Assembly: GCA_963801355.1 (NCBI GenBank)
Contig: CAWDEM010000008.1
Span: forward strand, 2,961,579 to 3,025,578
Reading direction: 5' to 3'
DNA: 64,000 nt
Origin: Ignavibacteriota bacterium
GTDB taxonomy: Bacteria > Bacteroidota > Ignavibacteria > UBA10030 > UBA6906
Shown here: one piece after another, positions 28,247-39,000 of the stretch
How the letters are laid out: each line of letters starts with the position of its first letter
How positions within the stretch are numbered: the first letter of the stretch is position 1
Translations under genes and position numbers: made by a program
Notes under the pieces: generated by a model
Seen by the model: the letters and a program-made list of their open reading frames with translations, nothing else
Databases searched by the model: none
Told to the model about the DNA's origin: nothing

Positions 28247-28918
28247 ATGCGCATTCTCGTGGTCGAAGACGAAAAGAAGGTTGCCCGTTTCATCCAGCAG
28301 GGTCTGGAAGAAGAGCACTACGCCGTTGATGTCTCCCACGACGGGGTGGAAGGACTCTCAATGGCCGAAACGGGAAGTTATGACGTCATAGTCCTCGACG
28401 TCATGCTGCCCGGCAAAGACGGATTCGAGATCACGCGCGAGCTGCGCGCCGAGCACATCACGACACCCATCCTGATGCTCACCGCGAAGACCACAACCGA
28501 TGACAAGGTGGCTGGATTGGACAGCGGTGCCGATGATTATCTCACGAAGCCGTTTGCCTTCGCCGAGCTGCTGGCACGCGTACGCTCGCTGCTCCGCCGC
28601 GGAGCGCACGAGAAGACCACCCAGCTCACCGCGGCGGATCTGGAATTGGATACGGTGACACACCGCGCACGCCGCGCCGGAAGACCCATCGAACTCACCG
28701 CCAAAGAGTATGCCCTGCTGGAATTCCTGATCCGCAACAAGGACCGCGTGCTCAGCCGTACGATCATCGCCGAACATATCTGGGATTATCACTTCGACAC
28801 GGGCACGAACCTCATCGATGTGTACATCAATCACCTGCGCAACAAGGTGGATACGGGGTCTGAACTCAAGCTCATCCACACGGTGCGCGGTGTCGGCTAT
28901 GTGCTAAAGGAGGGATAG
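28247..28918 (+). CDS. OmpR-family response regulator (CusR/CzcR-like)
   Basis: MRILVVED, LDVMLP, GADDYLTKPF and IHTVRGVGY motifs. Confidence 0.95.
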   Translation: MRILVVEDEKKVARFIQQGLEEEHYAVDVSHDGVEGLSMAETGSYDVIVLDVMLPGKDGFEITRELRAEHITTPILMLTAKTTTDDKVAGLDSGADDYLTKPFAFAELLARVRSLLRRGAHEKTTQLTAADLELDTVTHRARRAGRPIELTAKEYALLEFLIRNKDRVLSRTIIAEHIWDYHFDTGTNLIDVYINHLRNKVDTGSELKLIHTVRGVGYVLKEG

Positions 28919-28921
28919 GTC

Positions 28922-30397
28922 ATGTTCCTCCGGCTGCGCTCCGTACGCACCCGCCTGACACTCTGGTATACCCTGGTCCTCCTCTCCACGCTCCTGCTCT
29001 TCGGAGTCTTCTCGTACTACTTCACCGGCGAGACCCTGTCGCAGAACCTCGACCGCTCCCTGACTGCCGAAGCCCGATGGATGCGTGATTTCATCGAGCC
29101 ACAAGCCAGCAAAGTGAAACCGGGCCGCAATCCCGGCGACGCCATTGGCACGACAAAGCTTCCTCCGCGCTTCATCGGACCTCTCCCGCCGGAAGACGAC
29201 CTGGCAAGCCAGGAAGCCGATGAAATCTGGAGCCAGATCTTCCGGCATAGCCTGCAAAGCCCCAAGAAGACGCTTATACAGTTTCTCGACCGGCGCGGCA
29301 CCATCATCTACCGCTCTCCCAGTCTCGGCCCCGACAGCCTCGTCGTCCCCGATACCATCCAGTACAACGCGATCACGCTCACCACATCCGAAATGGGGGA
29401 CCAGCTCATCCGTATTGCCGCAACGCGCGACCGGAACTTCACGTACATCATCGGCTATCCCTTGTCGGACCTCCGCGACCTGCTTGACAACCTGTACGTC
29501 ATCTATCTCGTTCTCATACCCATCACACTGGTCCTCTCCGTCGTGGGGGGGCTCGCACTCGCCAAGAAGTCGCTCCAGCCGGTGGATGAGATTACACGCC
29601 AGGCCCGGCGTATCACCGCGGAGAATCTTGACCAGGTGATCGCCGTGCCCAATGTGGACGATGAAATCGGACGTTTGGGAGCTACGATCAACGATATGAT
29701 CCGCCGGTTGCACGAATCCTTTGCCCGGATCAAGCAGTTTACCGCGGATGCGTCGCATGAGCTCCGCACACCGCTCACCGTGGTGCGGGGAGAAATTGAG
29801 CTTGCCCTGCGCACACAGAAATCACCGGAAGAATACCGCCGCGTGCTGGAGAGTACGCTGGAGGAGAACCTCCGCCTCACGTCGATTATCGACAACCTCC
29901 TGACGCTCGAAAAAGCGGATCAGGGAACATTGAAGGCGGAGCTGACAGAAGTGGAACTCCACACACTTGTGGAGGAGCTGTATGAAGACGGGACCATTCT
30001 CGCGGCAAGCAAGAATATCACGATGACCCTCCGTTCGAACACGCCGGTGACGATCGTCGGAGACAGAGGGCGATTGCGCCAGCTGTTCCTCAACCTGGTT
30101 GATAACGCCGTCAAATATACCCCTCCGGGCGGAAGCGTGACGCTGGCACTGGAACGGCGGGGGAACGTGGCGGTGTTCGAAATCAGCGATACAGGGATCG
30201 GGATACCGCAGGCGGAGCAGGGAAAGATCTTTCACCGCTTCTACAGAGTTGACAAAGCCCGGTCACGGGAGCTGGGAGGAACCGGGCTGGGATTGTCAAT
30301 CGCACGTTGGATTGCGGAACTGCACCGCGGGACCATCACCGTCACGAGCGAGCCGCAGCAGGGGGCGACGTTTACGGTACAACTGCCCATCGACTGA
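28922..30397 (+). CDS. Sensor histidine kinase (CusS/CzcS-like, HAMP)
   Basis: 2 TM segments, HAMP, ASHELRTPL, NLVDNAVKY and GGTGLGL motifs. Confidence 0.94.
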   Translation: MFLRLRSVRTRLTLWYTLVLLSTLLLFGVFSYYFTGETLSQNLDRSLTAEARWMRDFIEPQASKVKPGRNPGDAIGTTKLPPRFIGPLPPEDDLASQEADEIWSQIFRHSLQSPKKTLIQFLDRRGTIIYRSPSLGPDSLVVPDTIQYNAITLTTSEMGDQLIRIAATRDRNFTYIIGYPLSDLRDLLDNLYVIYLVLIPITLVLSVVGGLALAKKSLQPVDEITRQARRITAENLDQVIAVPNVDDEIGRLGATINDMIRRLHESFARIKQFTADASHELRTPLTVVRGEIELALRTQKSPEEYRRVLESTLEENLRLTSIIDNLLTLEKADQGTLKAELTEVELHTLVEELYEDGTILAASKNITMTLRSNTPVTIVGDRGRLRQLFLNLVDNAVKYTPPGGSVTLALERRGNVAVFEISDTGIGIPQAEQGKIFHRFYRVDKARSRELGGTGLGLSIARWIAELHRGTITVTSEPQQGATFTVQLPID

Positions 30398-30410
30398 AGG
30401 GCCTTTCACC

Positions 30411-30545
30411 AGGCACTAGGCAAGAGGCGATAGGCAATAGGGGAAGAACACTCGTGCCTATTGCCTCGTGCCTAATGCCCCGTGCCTCATCCCTCGTGCC
30501 TAATGCCTCATGCCCCGTGCCTCATGCCTAACGCCTATTGCCCGC
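30411..30545. repeat. Inverted heptamer array (4-5 x AGGCA.. then 13 x TGCCTCA-like)
   Basis: 7-bp period: left arm 30411-30445, right arm 30455-30545; lies between convergent genes. Confidence 0.9.
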
Positions 30546-30547
30546 TT

Positions 30548-33500
30548 CTAGAAATCCGCCCCCAGCGAAATATAGTATTTCGGTGTCGAGAAGTTGTTGT
30601 AGTACCAGGCCCACGCCACATCAAAGCGCACGAGGAAGCCGAGGAAGTAGATCCGCGCGCCGGTACCCATTCCCATCAAGAGATCGCGCGTCACGGTGGC
30701 TCCGGTCTCGTCCTTCGTGAACGCCACGTACTCCTTCTCCCTGGTCCAGGCCGAACCCGCATCGAAGAATACCACACCTCCCAGACTCTGCAACCCGAGG
30801 GGCAGCGGACCGGCCTGGAGGAATGCAAACAACGGATAGCGTAACTCGAAATTGAAGAGCGAGTACTTGGAACCGATGGCCGCATTGTAGTTGTAGCCAC
30901 GCAGCGGGAGGCCAACCTGCAGGAACATGTAGTCCTCCGCGTTCTCCAGAGGTATGTATCCGCCTTCGAATGTGTGATTGATCCAGTTGTCAACGCCGCC
31001 GATAATGAACTTCTGCGGGTTCTTCCCGATGCTGGCGCCGCCGGCATACCTGATCGCAATGCTGTAATTGTTCCCGAGACGGAGGTACTTGCGGTAATCC
31101 GCGCCGATGTTCAGAAAACTCAACCCATCGCTCCCGATCTTGGGGGTCCCGAACAGATCGAACCGGTAGCGCGTTCCCGTGACAGGCGACAGCAGCCCCC
31201 AGAGGGATGTGTCGTAGGTGTAACTGATACTCGGCACGATGAGCGAGCGTGTCTGTATCGGAGTTCCGGTGTAGTCAAGATTCTCTTTGGAAATGTTGAG
31301 CCAGTTGATGCCGAAATCCAGCCGGCTGAAGCGATCAAAGGGGTATTGCGCGGAAACCATCCCGCCGTATGTCCGGAAGCGGTAGTAGCTCCCGCCGAAT
31401 GCATCATTGATGAGAATGAACCGGGCGCTGTGAAATGCGCCGAACCCGTAATCGATCCGTTTGGGAAGATAGTAGTACTGCAATGCGTAGTCACTATTCT
31501 TGAGATCAAGCAGCAGGTTCGTGGCGAAGATGATCTGGTGATCGCCCAGCAGATCGCTGAATGCCATGATCGTGGAGCCCGTGACTCCGTAAAACGTATC
31601 GTATCCGGCGTTGCCGTAAATGATGTCGGGGGTGAAGTTCAGTTTGTACTTGTTCACCCGGTAGTTGCCCTCTTCATCCATGTTGCCCGAAATCTTGGGC
31701 AGGCGGGAAATGAGGGAGTCTTTGGGCAGGTTTTCGTCCTTCCCCTCGCCGAACACGTAGTCCGAAAAATCGAGCTGGATCCCTGCGCCGTACAGCCCGG
31801 TGGTGTCCTTCCCTGCGGACCCTGACTTGGCGGTCGCTGTCGTATCCTTCGCCGTCGTGTCCCTTGCCGCAGTGCCCTTTGCTGCCGTGTCCGCCGCCGT
31901 CACCGCAGCCGCGACCGCCGGTTCCGTGAACGATTTACGGTACGCCGTCGGCTCGAGCGATCCGGTCTTGACAACGCGATCAAACGGGCTGCGTAGCAGG
32001 AAGATGTCGAAACCGGATTGATTGAGAGACGAAAATGACAGTTTCGTGCCGTCCCGCGATATTGACAACTGGTAGACACCGCTGATGGAGTTGGTGACCG
32101 GCCGGGTGATTGCCGAATCCAGCCGGAGCTCATAGATATTGTTGATCCCGTTGCGGTCGGAGATAAAGAGCAGCTTGTTTCCGTCCGGCGAAGAGACCGG
32201 TGACGATTCGTCGCTGTCTATCCAGTCGGTCAGTTGCCTGATCGTGTGATCCTCGAGCCCGATCTTGTAGATATCCATATCGTAAAATCGATAGTCATGC
32301 ACCGGCCCGGCGTCGGAAGATTTGCGCCCCGCCCTGTCTGATGAAAAGTACAGCGTCTTCCCGTCGGGCGACCACGACGGCTCTTCGTCGCTGTAGATAT
32401 CGTCGGTAAGATTCGTGAGTTTCTTTGTGTCAAACGAATACACGTAGAGATCCGACTGCCTGGATGTATTGCCGATGAACGCCAGCTTGTCTCCCAACGG
32501 CGACCATGTCACCGAGAATATGCCTTCCAGACCGAACGTGAGTTTCTCCATGTCGCCGCTCTTCACGTCAATCAGGAGGATGGCATCCTGATCACCGGCT
32601 TTTGCGGCAAGCGCCAGACGTTTTCCGTCGGGGGACCAGCTGACCCCCGGTGTCAACAGATGCAGCTCTTCCAGATTGGACGTCTGCTGGCCGTCGACCA
32701 CCTTTTGCACCTGACTGCCATCGACGGCGTTCATCACGAACAGATCAAAGAAGTCGTTCCGGTTGGAGATGAATGCCACTTTGTCGCCCTGCGGGGAGAT
32801 GGCGGGACTCGTATTATAGAAACCGCCGTCCTTCTTGTGATCCGTAAGACGCCGCGCATAGTCCGCCGGGTCTTCACGTTTGGCGATATCCGGCCAGTAC
32901 TCCACCTTGAGTTCCTTCTGCCAGCGCTCGGAAAGCTCCTCCAGGTTCAACCCGATCGCCGCCCGGATCCCTGCCTCGACACTTCTCGTGCTTTTGATCC
33001 GGTTCAGGATCTCGCCGATTTTTTCTTCGCCATATTTCTTTGCCAGATAGTGGAACACCGACTGCCCGCCGCGGTAGGCAGCGTATCCGTAGAGTTGTTT
33101 CAGCGGCGCGAGGTACTGGTTCACCGTCGCATCCCTGATGAACATGTCCGTGTCGGTATCCCATTTCAACGCTTCATACTCGGACAGGCCTTCGCTGAAC
33201 CACATGGGAAACTGCAGAGAGATGTTGTTGCTGATGATCGACTGAATGCTGCCGCCGTAATACAGGTCGTTCATCACCGCGTGCACGAGCTCGTGATGGA
33301 TGACGTGCCGGAATTTCCGGTAATCCCCCTCAAACGGAACTACCACCCGGTTCTTGAAGAGTTCCGTCACGCCTCCGATTCCTTCTTCCAGGTATTCGGA
33401 GATAACGTTTGTTTGTTGGAATGCATTGTGGGAATTGTAGACAATCAGGGGGATGCGGTTGACAAGCTGGTACTTGAACAGCTTGCTGATGGATGCATAG

Positions 33501-33736
33501 GACGATTCCGCTGCGACGGCGGCAAACACCGCCAACGGGTGGCCGTCCTCGGCAAAGTACACGTCGAAGTGATCGGTCTGGAGATACGACCAGTTGAACT
33601 TCGTGTACTGTACCTTATTCTTCCCGAACAGGTCGGACTGGGCGTGCACGGTCGCCGGCATGCCGGCCAGGACCACCACGGCTGCCAGGGTCAACCAGAG
33701 TTTCGTCTTCCGTTCCATACGCTCCTCGCTCTTCAT
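30548..33736 (-). CDS. Omp85/BamA-family outer membrane protein with N-terminal HExxH peptidase-like domain and PD40 propeller
   Basis: Signal peptide; HELVH..WFSEGLSEY; multiple SPDG/WSP repeats; LRGY and FFDAG barrel motifs; C-terminal ..GADF; start may be 33718. Confidence 0.85.
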   Translation of the reverse strand: MKSEERMERKTKLWLTLAAVVVLAGMPATVHAQSDLFGKNKVQYTKFNWSYLQTDHFDVYFAEDGHPLAVFAAVAAESSYASISKLFKYQLVNRIPLIVYNSHNAFQQTNVISEYLEEGIGGVTELFKNRVVVPFEGDYRKFRHVIHHELVHAVMNDLYYGGSIQSIISNNISLQFPMWFSEGLSEYEALKWDTDTDMFIRDATVNQYLAPLKQLYGYAAYRGGQSVFHYLAKKYGEEKIGEILNRIKSTRSVEAGIRAAIGLNLEELSERWQKELKVEYWPDIAKREDPADYARRLTDHKKDGGFYNTSPAISPQGDKVAFISNRNDFFDLFVMNAVDGSQVQKVVDGQQTSNLEELHLLTPGVSWSPDGKRLALAAKAGDQDAILLIDVKSGDMEKLTFGLEGIFSVTWSPLGDKLAFIGNTSRQSDLYVYSFDTKKLTNLTDDIYSDEEPSWSPDGKTLYFSSDRAGRKSSDAGPVHDYRFYDMDIYKIGLEDHTIRQLTDWIDSDESSPVSSPDGNKLLFISDRNGINNIYELRLDSAITRPVTNSISGVYQLSISRDGTKLSFSSLNQSGFDIFLLRSPFDRVVKTGSLEPTAYRKSFTEPAVAAAVTAADTAAKGTAARDTTAKDTTATAKSGSAGKDTTGLYGAGIQLDFSDYVFGEGKDENLPKDSLISRLPKISGNMDEEGNYRVNKYKLNFTPDIIYGNAGYDTFYGVTGSTIMAFSDLLGDHQIIFATNLLLDLKNSDYALQYYYLPKRIDYGFGAFHSARFILINDAFGGSYYRFRTYGGMVSAQYPFDRFSRLDFGINWLNISKENLDYTGTPIQTRSLIVPSISYTYDTSLWGLLSPVTGTRYRFDLFGTPKIGSDGLSFLNIGADYRKYLRLGNNYSIAIRYAGGASIGKNPQKFIIGGVDNWINHTFEGGYIPLENAEDYMFLQVGLPLRGYNYNAAIGSKYSLFNFELRYPLFAFLQAGPLPLGLQSLGGVVFFDAGSAWTREKEYVAFTKDETGATVTRDLLMGMGTGARIYFLGFLVRFDVAWAWYYNNFSTPKYYISLGADF

Positions 33737-33773
33737 GTATAACGCCGGATCGCATCCCTTCCGTTCCGTCCTA

Positions 33774-35957
33774 TTATTTCATCTTTCTCCCCTCATCCGC
33801 CACAAGCGCCAAATCAATACTGCGCCGCTCCGGGTCCACCGTCATAACCTGCACGCGCACACGGTCTCCGAGCCGGTACACTCGCCCCCTGCTCCGGCCG
33901 CGGAGTGCATATTGCTTCTCGTCAAAGAGGTAGTAGTCATCCTCCAGATCCCGCATCCTGATCAATCCGTCAATGAGGATCTCATGCAGCTCGACGAACA
34001 GTCCGAAATCCGTCACCCCGGAGATCACTCCCGTAAACTCGTCGCCGATGTGACGCTTCATGTATTCGATCTGCATCACCTTGACAGATGTACGCTCGGC
34101 TTCCGCGGCGATCCGTTCGCGCTCCGACGACTGCCTGGCTATCCCGGGAAGGGCAGCGCGTAGGGCGACCAGGCGGCCCCCCTCCACAGGACGAGCGTAC
34201 TCGTCCAGCAGCCGGTGAACCACAAGATCCGGATAGCGGCGGATGGGTGAGGTGAAATGCGTGTAATGCCGGAATGCGAGGCCGTAGTGCCCGATGTTCT
34301 TCTCCGCGTAGACCGCCTTTGCCATCGAGCGGAGGGCGACCTCGTTGATCACATCTTCCACTTCCGTCCCCTTCACCTTCTCCAGCAGCTTCTGCAGCTC
34401 GTGTGACGATACACCCTCTTTTACGTCGAGGGAGAAGCCGAACTGCCGCACGAAGTTCCCCAGATCGCGCAGTTTGTCGGGATCCGGCACATCGTGCACA
34501 CGATAGAGAAACGGCCGGGGATCGCCTCCGGTTTTCATCCCCGCCACGTGCTGGGCTACCGTCTTGTTGGCCAGCAGCATGCATTCTTCCACGAGGCGGT
34601 GGGCATCCAGACGTACTTTCTTGATGATGCGGTCGGGCAGTCCCTGCTCGTCAAACGTGAATTTCGTTTCCACACTGTCAAAGTCGATGCTTCCGTTCTT
34701 CCAGCGGCGGCGGTACAGCGCCTTGGCAAGCCGGTTGAGATGCAGCAGCACATCCGCATGTTCACCCTTGCCGGCATCAAGTATACTCTGCACCTCTTCA
34801 TACGCAAAGCGGCGCGTGCTCCGGATGACCGACCGGGCGAACCGGTAGTCCTCCACCTTGCCGTCGGGATGGACGTCCAGCAGGACGCTGAATGTCAGCC
34901 GGTCTTCCTGCGGACGGAGGGAACAGAGATCGTTCGACAGCCGCTCGGGGAGCATTGGTATCACTTCATTCACGAGATAGACACTGGTGCCGCGTTCATA
35001 CGCCTCGCGGTCCAGCGCGGTCCCCTCGCGGACATAGTGGCTGACATCTGCGATGTGGACACCGAGGCGCAGCAGACCGTTCGGCAGCACCTCACAGGAA
35101 AGAGCGTCATCGAAATCTTTCGCATCTTCCGGATCAATCGTGAGCGTCGTCTTCTGCCGCAGGTCAAGCCGGCCGTCCAGCACCGCATCCGGAATGCCGC
35201 CAGACAATTGCATTGCCTCCGCTTCGACGTCGGCCGGAAAGGATGCCGGAAGCCCGAAGCTGCGCGCGACACCCAGCACCTGCGTGCGGGCATCTCCGCC
35301 CGGCCCCAGTACTTCCAGAATCGTTCCCTCGGGATTGACGTGCTCGTCTTCCCAGGGGTCAAGTTCCACCACTACTTTGTCGCCGGGGCGGGCATCCCCC
35401 TGGTCGACATAAATATCCCGCCCGATGCGTCCGTCGTCGGGGACCACAAATGCGAGGTTGCGCCGTACCTGAAATTGTCCGACAATGCGCGTGGTATTTC
35501 GCTTCAGCACACGCACGACCTCCCCGCGAAATGCTTCGCCCTTCCGCCGGTGGCTCGGGGGCGCAAAGAGTGTCACCTCCACTTCATCGCCGTGCAATGC
35601 AGTGTGCTGGAACTGGGAGTCGATCACAATGTCGTCTTCCCATCCCGCAGGTCTGACACTCCCCACCCCCCGGCGCGAGACGCTCAAGACTCCGGTGACA
35701 TGACCGGACTTCTTGCTCTTCGCCTGTTTTGATTCGGGAACGTACGTAAAACGCCCATGTTCATCCGCTTCCACCACCCCCCGCAGTTTCAATTCGTCGA
35801 TCTGTGCACGAAGCGCTTCGTACTCTTCCTTGCTGCGAACACCCAGGCGTTTGGCAAGGTCTTTCACTGTTGTCCGGCTTCGCGGGTGCGCCGAAAGGTA
35901 CGTCAACACCCGACTTTTGATATTTCCTGCTGATTTCTTCTTCAATGTATATCCCAT
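33774..35957 (-). CDS. rnr: Ribonuclease R
   Basis: TIDPEDAKDFDDA, VHIADVS and YTHFTSPIRRYPD motifs; C-terminal S1 domain. Confidence 0.97.
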   Translation of the reverse strand: MGYTLKKKSAGNIKSRVLTYLSAHPRSRTTVKDLAKRLGVRSKEEYEALRAQIDELKLRGVVEADEHGRFTYVPESKQAKSKKSGHVTGVLSVSRRGVGSVRPAGWEDDIVIDSQFQHTALHGDEVEVTLFAPPSHRRKGEAFRGEVVRVLKRNTTRIVGQFQVRRNLAFVVPDDGRIGRDIYVDQGDARPGDKVVVELDPWEDEHVNPEGTILEVLGPGGDARTQVLGVARSFGLPASFPADVEAEAMQLSGGIPDAVLDGRLDLRQKTTLTIDPEDAKDFDDALSCEVLPNGLLRLGVHIADVSHYVREGTALDREAYERGTSVYLVNEVIPMLPERLSNDLCSLRPQEDRLTFSVLLDVHPDGKVEDYRFARSVIRSTRRFAYEEVQSILDAGKGEHADVLLHLNRLAKALYRRRWKNGSIDFDSVETKFTFDEQGLPDRIIKKVRLDAHRLVEECMLLANKTVAQHVAGMKTGGDPRPFLYRVHDVPDPDKLRDLGNFVRQFGFSLDVKEGVSSHELQKLLEKVKGTEVEDVINEVALRSMAKAVYAEKNIGHYGLAFRHYTHFTSPIRRYPDLVVHRLLDEYARPVEGGRLVALRAALPGIARQSSERERIAAEAERTSVKVMQIEYMKRHIGDEFTGVISGVTDFGLFVELHEILIDGLIRMRDLEDDYYLFDEKQYALRGRSRGRVYRLGDRVRVQVMTVDPERRSIDLALVADEGRKMK

Positions 35958-35971
35958 TGCTTTCTTTTAAT

Positions 35972-36016
35972 GTCATCCTGAATTCGTCCAGCTTCCCAGG
36001 ACGAATTCAGGACCTC
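35972..36016 (+). repeat. GTC-tagged palindromic element (second subfamily)
   Basis: GTCA-TCCTGAATTCGTCC-9 nt-GGACGAATTCAGGA-CCTC: perfect 14-bp inverted repeat with the same GTC...CTC ends as the main REP-like family. Confidence 0.75.
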
Positions 36017-36040
36017 ACCCTTGATATTTAGGATCTCACC

Positions 36041-39000
36041 TTAGAATGAAAATCTATAGTACACCCGCGCGGAATTTGTCCGCCGCAGGTCCGTCGCCGA
36101 TCCGAAGGATCCCCGCTCAACTTTGCTTTCCAGCTCCATCATGAAATTCTGGAGCGACGGCTTATTGAAGATCGAGCCGAACGAATAGAGCAGACTGAAA
36201 TTGGCATTCCCGAACGGGTCGTCCAGGATCTGGCCACCGTATTTCCAGTACCCGTTCCACGCGGACCCGCTGAGCCGGATGTCGGCCGATTCGCTCCGGC
36301 CTGTGGAGGAATTGAAATTAAACTCCACCGAGTTGATGAACCCCGTCTGCGTCCGCAGGAACTCCGACAATGTGCCGGTCAGCAGCGACGACGCACCCGT
36401 CAACAGCGAGCGCCGCAGCGTCCTGTCCATCTCCGATGACATCTGCCCTTTCTCCGCGGTGGACAGGGGGAATGAACCGTAAATGATGAAGCCGATGGCA
36501 TCCGATTGCACATCGTTCGACTTCAACCCGCGGTACGCATAGTAATCCACATCGTCGATGGTCATCGACATGCTGAGTCTCGGTGCGCGCCGCGGACCGG
36601 TAATCGTCACCGTCACCACGATCCGTTCGTTCTTGTCGCCGGAGATGCTATCCGGCACTGTCCGGGCACCGTGATACGATGCCGTGATGTCCAGCTCCGG
36701 GTTCATGAAATCGCCGGTGAAACGGATCCTGCCCTGCGCATCGAAACGCCGGTAAAAGCTGTAATACGCACGGCTGATTGCTAGATCGCCCAGCCAGCGG
36801 CGGCCATCTTCCGTTATCGAAAAACGCCCGTCGATGGTCGCCACCAGTTCTTCGCTTGATATCGGATTGAACACCATCCGTATTTCGGTGGAACCGCCGG
36901 TTGCCTCGATGTCAAGATCGTAGCGCAGCCCGTCGAGGAATGACTTTGCCCCCCTAATGCCATTGTCGACGCGCCGTGCGGCGCCGATCAGGTGATCGCC
37001 GCCGAAATATCTGTCGGCAGCCGTCAGGGAAACCTTCTCTCCGTAGCGGGAGGTGTCATCAAAAACAACGATGGGAACCGAAAATGCCGACTCTTCCGCG
37101 ACGACCTGTTCCGTCGGTGGAAATATAAGGCTCGAATTCTGAATTATCAGATCTCCCTGCAGGAGCGAATTGTCGATCTCTCCAGTGAAGTGCAGTCCCT
37201 TCCGACCGATCTCCACAAAGAGGTCCCCGTACATGGAGAGCGAAGACTTTCGCGTCGATTCCTTCACCACATTCAGCTGCCCGGTTGCGGAGAGCCGGAA
37301 GTCGCCCGGCGTAAATCCACGGAGGGCAAAATCACCGCCGATCTTTATCTCGCCTTTCCGTCCGCCGCGTTCGTCAGTGGCCACATTCCGCAGCGTCGCA
37401 TCCACCACCCGGATGCGTTCGTTCTCCGCGCTGAAGGTTCCGTCCAGGTAGTAGTACATGTTGTTCGCCTCGAACAGGAATCCACAATCGCTCAGGCGCA
37501 GCGACCCTGTGGAGCGCGGTTGTGAGGCGGTCCCCTTGATGTGCAGATCGCAGTCCAGCGTGCCGGTCAACTGGTTGAAATTCGGCAACAACGGATCCAG
37601 GATGTTGACCTGTGCCCCTTTCGCTTTTACCGATATGTCCATCTTCTGATCGGGCGCGATCTCCTCGCCTCCAATGGACACCGGAAGAATCCCGGAGATG
37701 GCGAGGCTCGGCAAGCCTGCAACCAGCCGGGCCGGATCCCCGGCTTCAACTTCAAGCGCAAGAAGTCCGCGCTGGTACTGGGCTGTACCGTTTACCGTCC
37801 CGAAGGGAATGTTGCGAATGGCCATGCTGTCGGAACGGACGGTGGCATGGAATTCCGGGTGGTCGAGTGAACCGCCGATCACCACGGTCGCGTCGACGCT
37901 CCCGCCGAATGTCTGTTCATCCGGCACTGTCTCCTTTTCACTCAGGAAGAAGCGGAGATCATTCAGCAGCAAGCCGGATGCCCGGAGCGATGCAACAATA
38001 CCTCCTCCCCGCCGGATGGCCCCCTGCGCATCAATCTCCTCCTGCCCCCGGCGCAGCACGAGCTGCGAAAGCCTGATTGCATTCCCCGTGAGACTCAACG
38101 TCAACCCGCTGTCCGCGGCCCAGTCGTAGCCGTCATACGCGGCATCCACGGATCCAAACCGGCAGAGGACGGAATCCCCCTGGAACCGGGCATCTCCTTT
38201 GACATCCCAGCGCAACTGGTGGTTTAACCCGCCCCGGCTGCTGAACTCCGCGAGGCGGTCGCCGATCCGGAGGTCGACCCCGAGACTGTCCAGCTCGGTC
38301 CGGTTGATATTCATCACTCTCACATCCCCCTTCACATGCAGATCGGCGGTGGCAAACGATCGGTCGGGAGTGAGGTCGTTGGTTTCGACGAGACATTCGG
38401 CATCCTCGATCAGCATGCCGGAATCGACGTCACCGTAGTAGAACTCTTTCAGATTCAACCGGGTGGACGAGGAGAGGCGGTAGTAGTTCCCTTCAAGCGT
38501 GCCTTGCACCATTCCGCTTCCGTTGAACTCTCTCTTTCCGAGGATCAACGAAAGCAACCGCACGTCCTTGACTTCGGCTTTGTATTCGCAGCGGAGTGTC
38601 GCGGGGTTGGCCGAGAGTTGCTGTCGCAAGGCATGGAATGCCGCAGTGTCGGTCCTTGCGCCGAGGGTCGAATCGAACGGCGTCAGACGGTCACGTACGG
38701 AGAGTATCGCATTTTGCACTTCGAACTCCAGCAGCGAACGGAGATACTCCAGGTCAAACGCTCCCTCCACCGACGCCTCGACAAAGGGAGAGGTCAGCGC
38801 AATCCGTTTGTGTGCGGGATCGTCCTGACTCACTTCAAGCTGCAGCTTCTCGTTCGACAGCGGATAGTCGCGATACCGGGAGGTTGAGAATGCAACGTCC
38901 ACACTGCCGCCGAATGTGGAGAGCGATGTTCCGGCTCCCTGTGCCTCCAGGGACGCAGTTCAGGTCGCTGTCATACGTCGAGTCGTCAAGGAACTCGGCA

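Noticed and set aside
23252-30545. Heptamer arrays or REP-like copies as a CRISPR array
   Set aside because: No constant 23-47 bp repeat with unique spacers and no cas genes
34494-35732. Long antisense ORFs (this one, 3765-4943 alternative frame, 18668-19699, 20023-21072, 32660-33742, 43706-44731 and others)
   Set aside because: They overlap well-supported genes, carry no motifs, and are expected at this GC and codon bias
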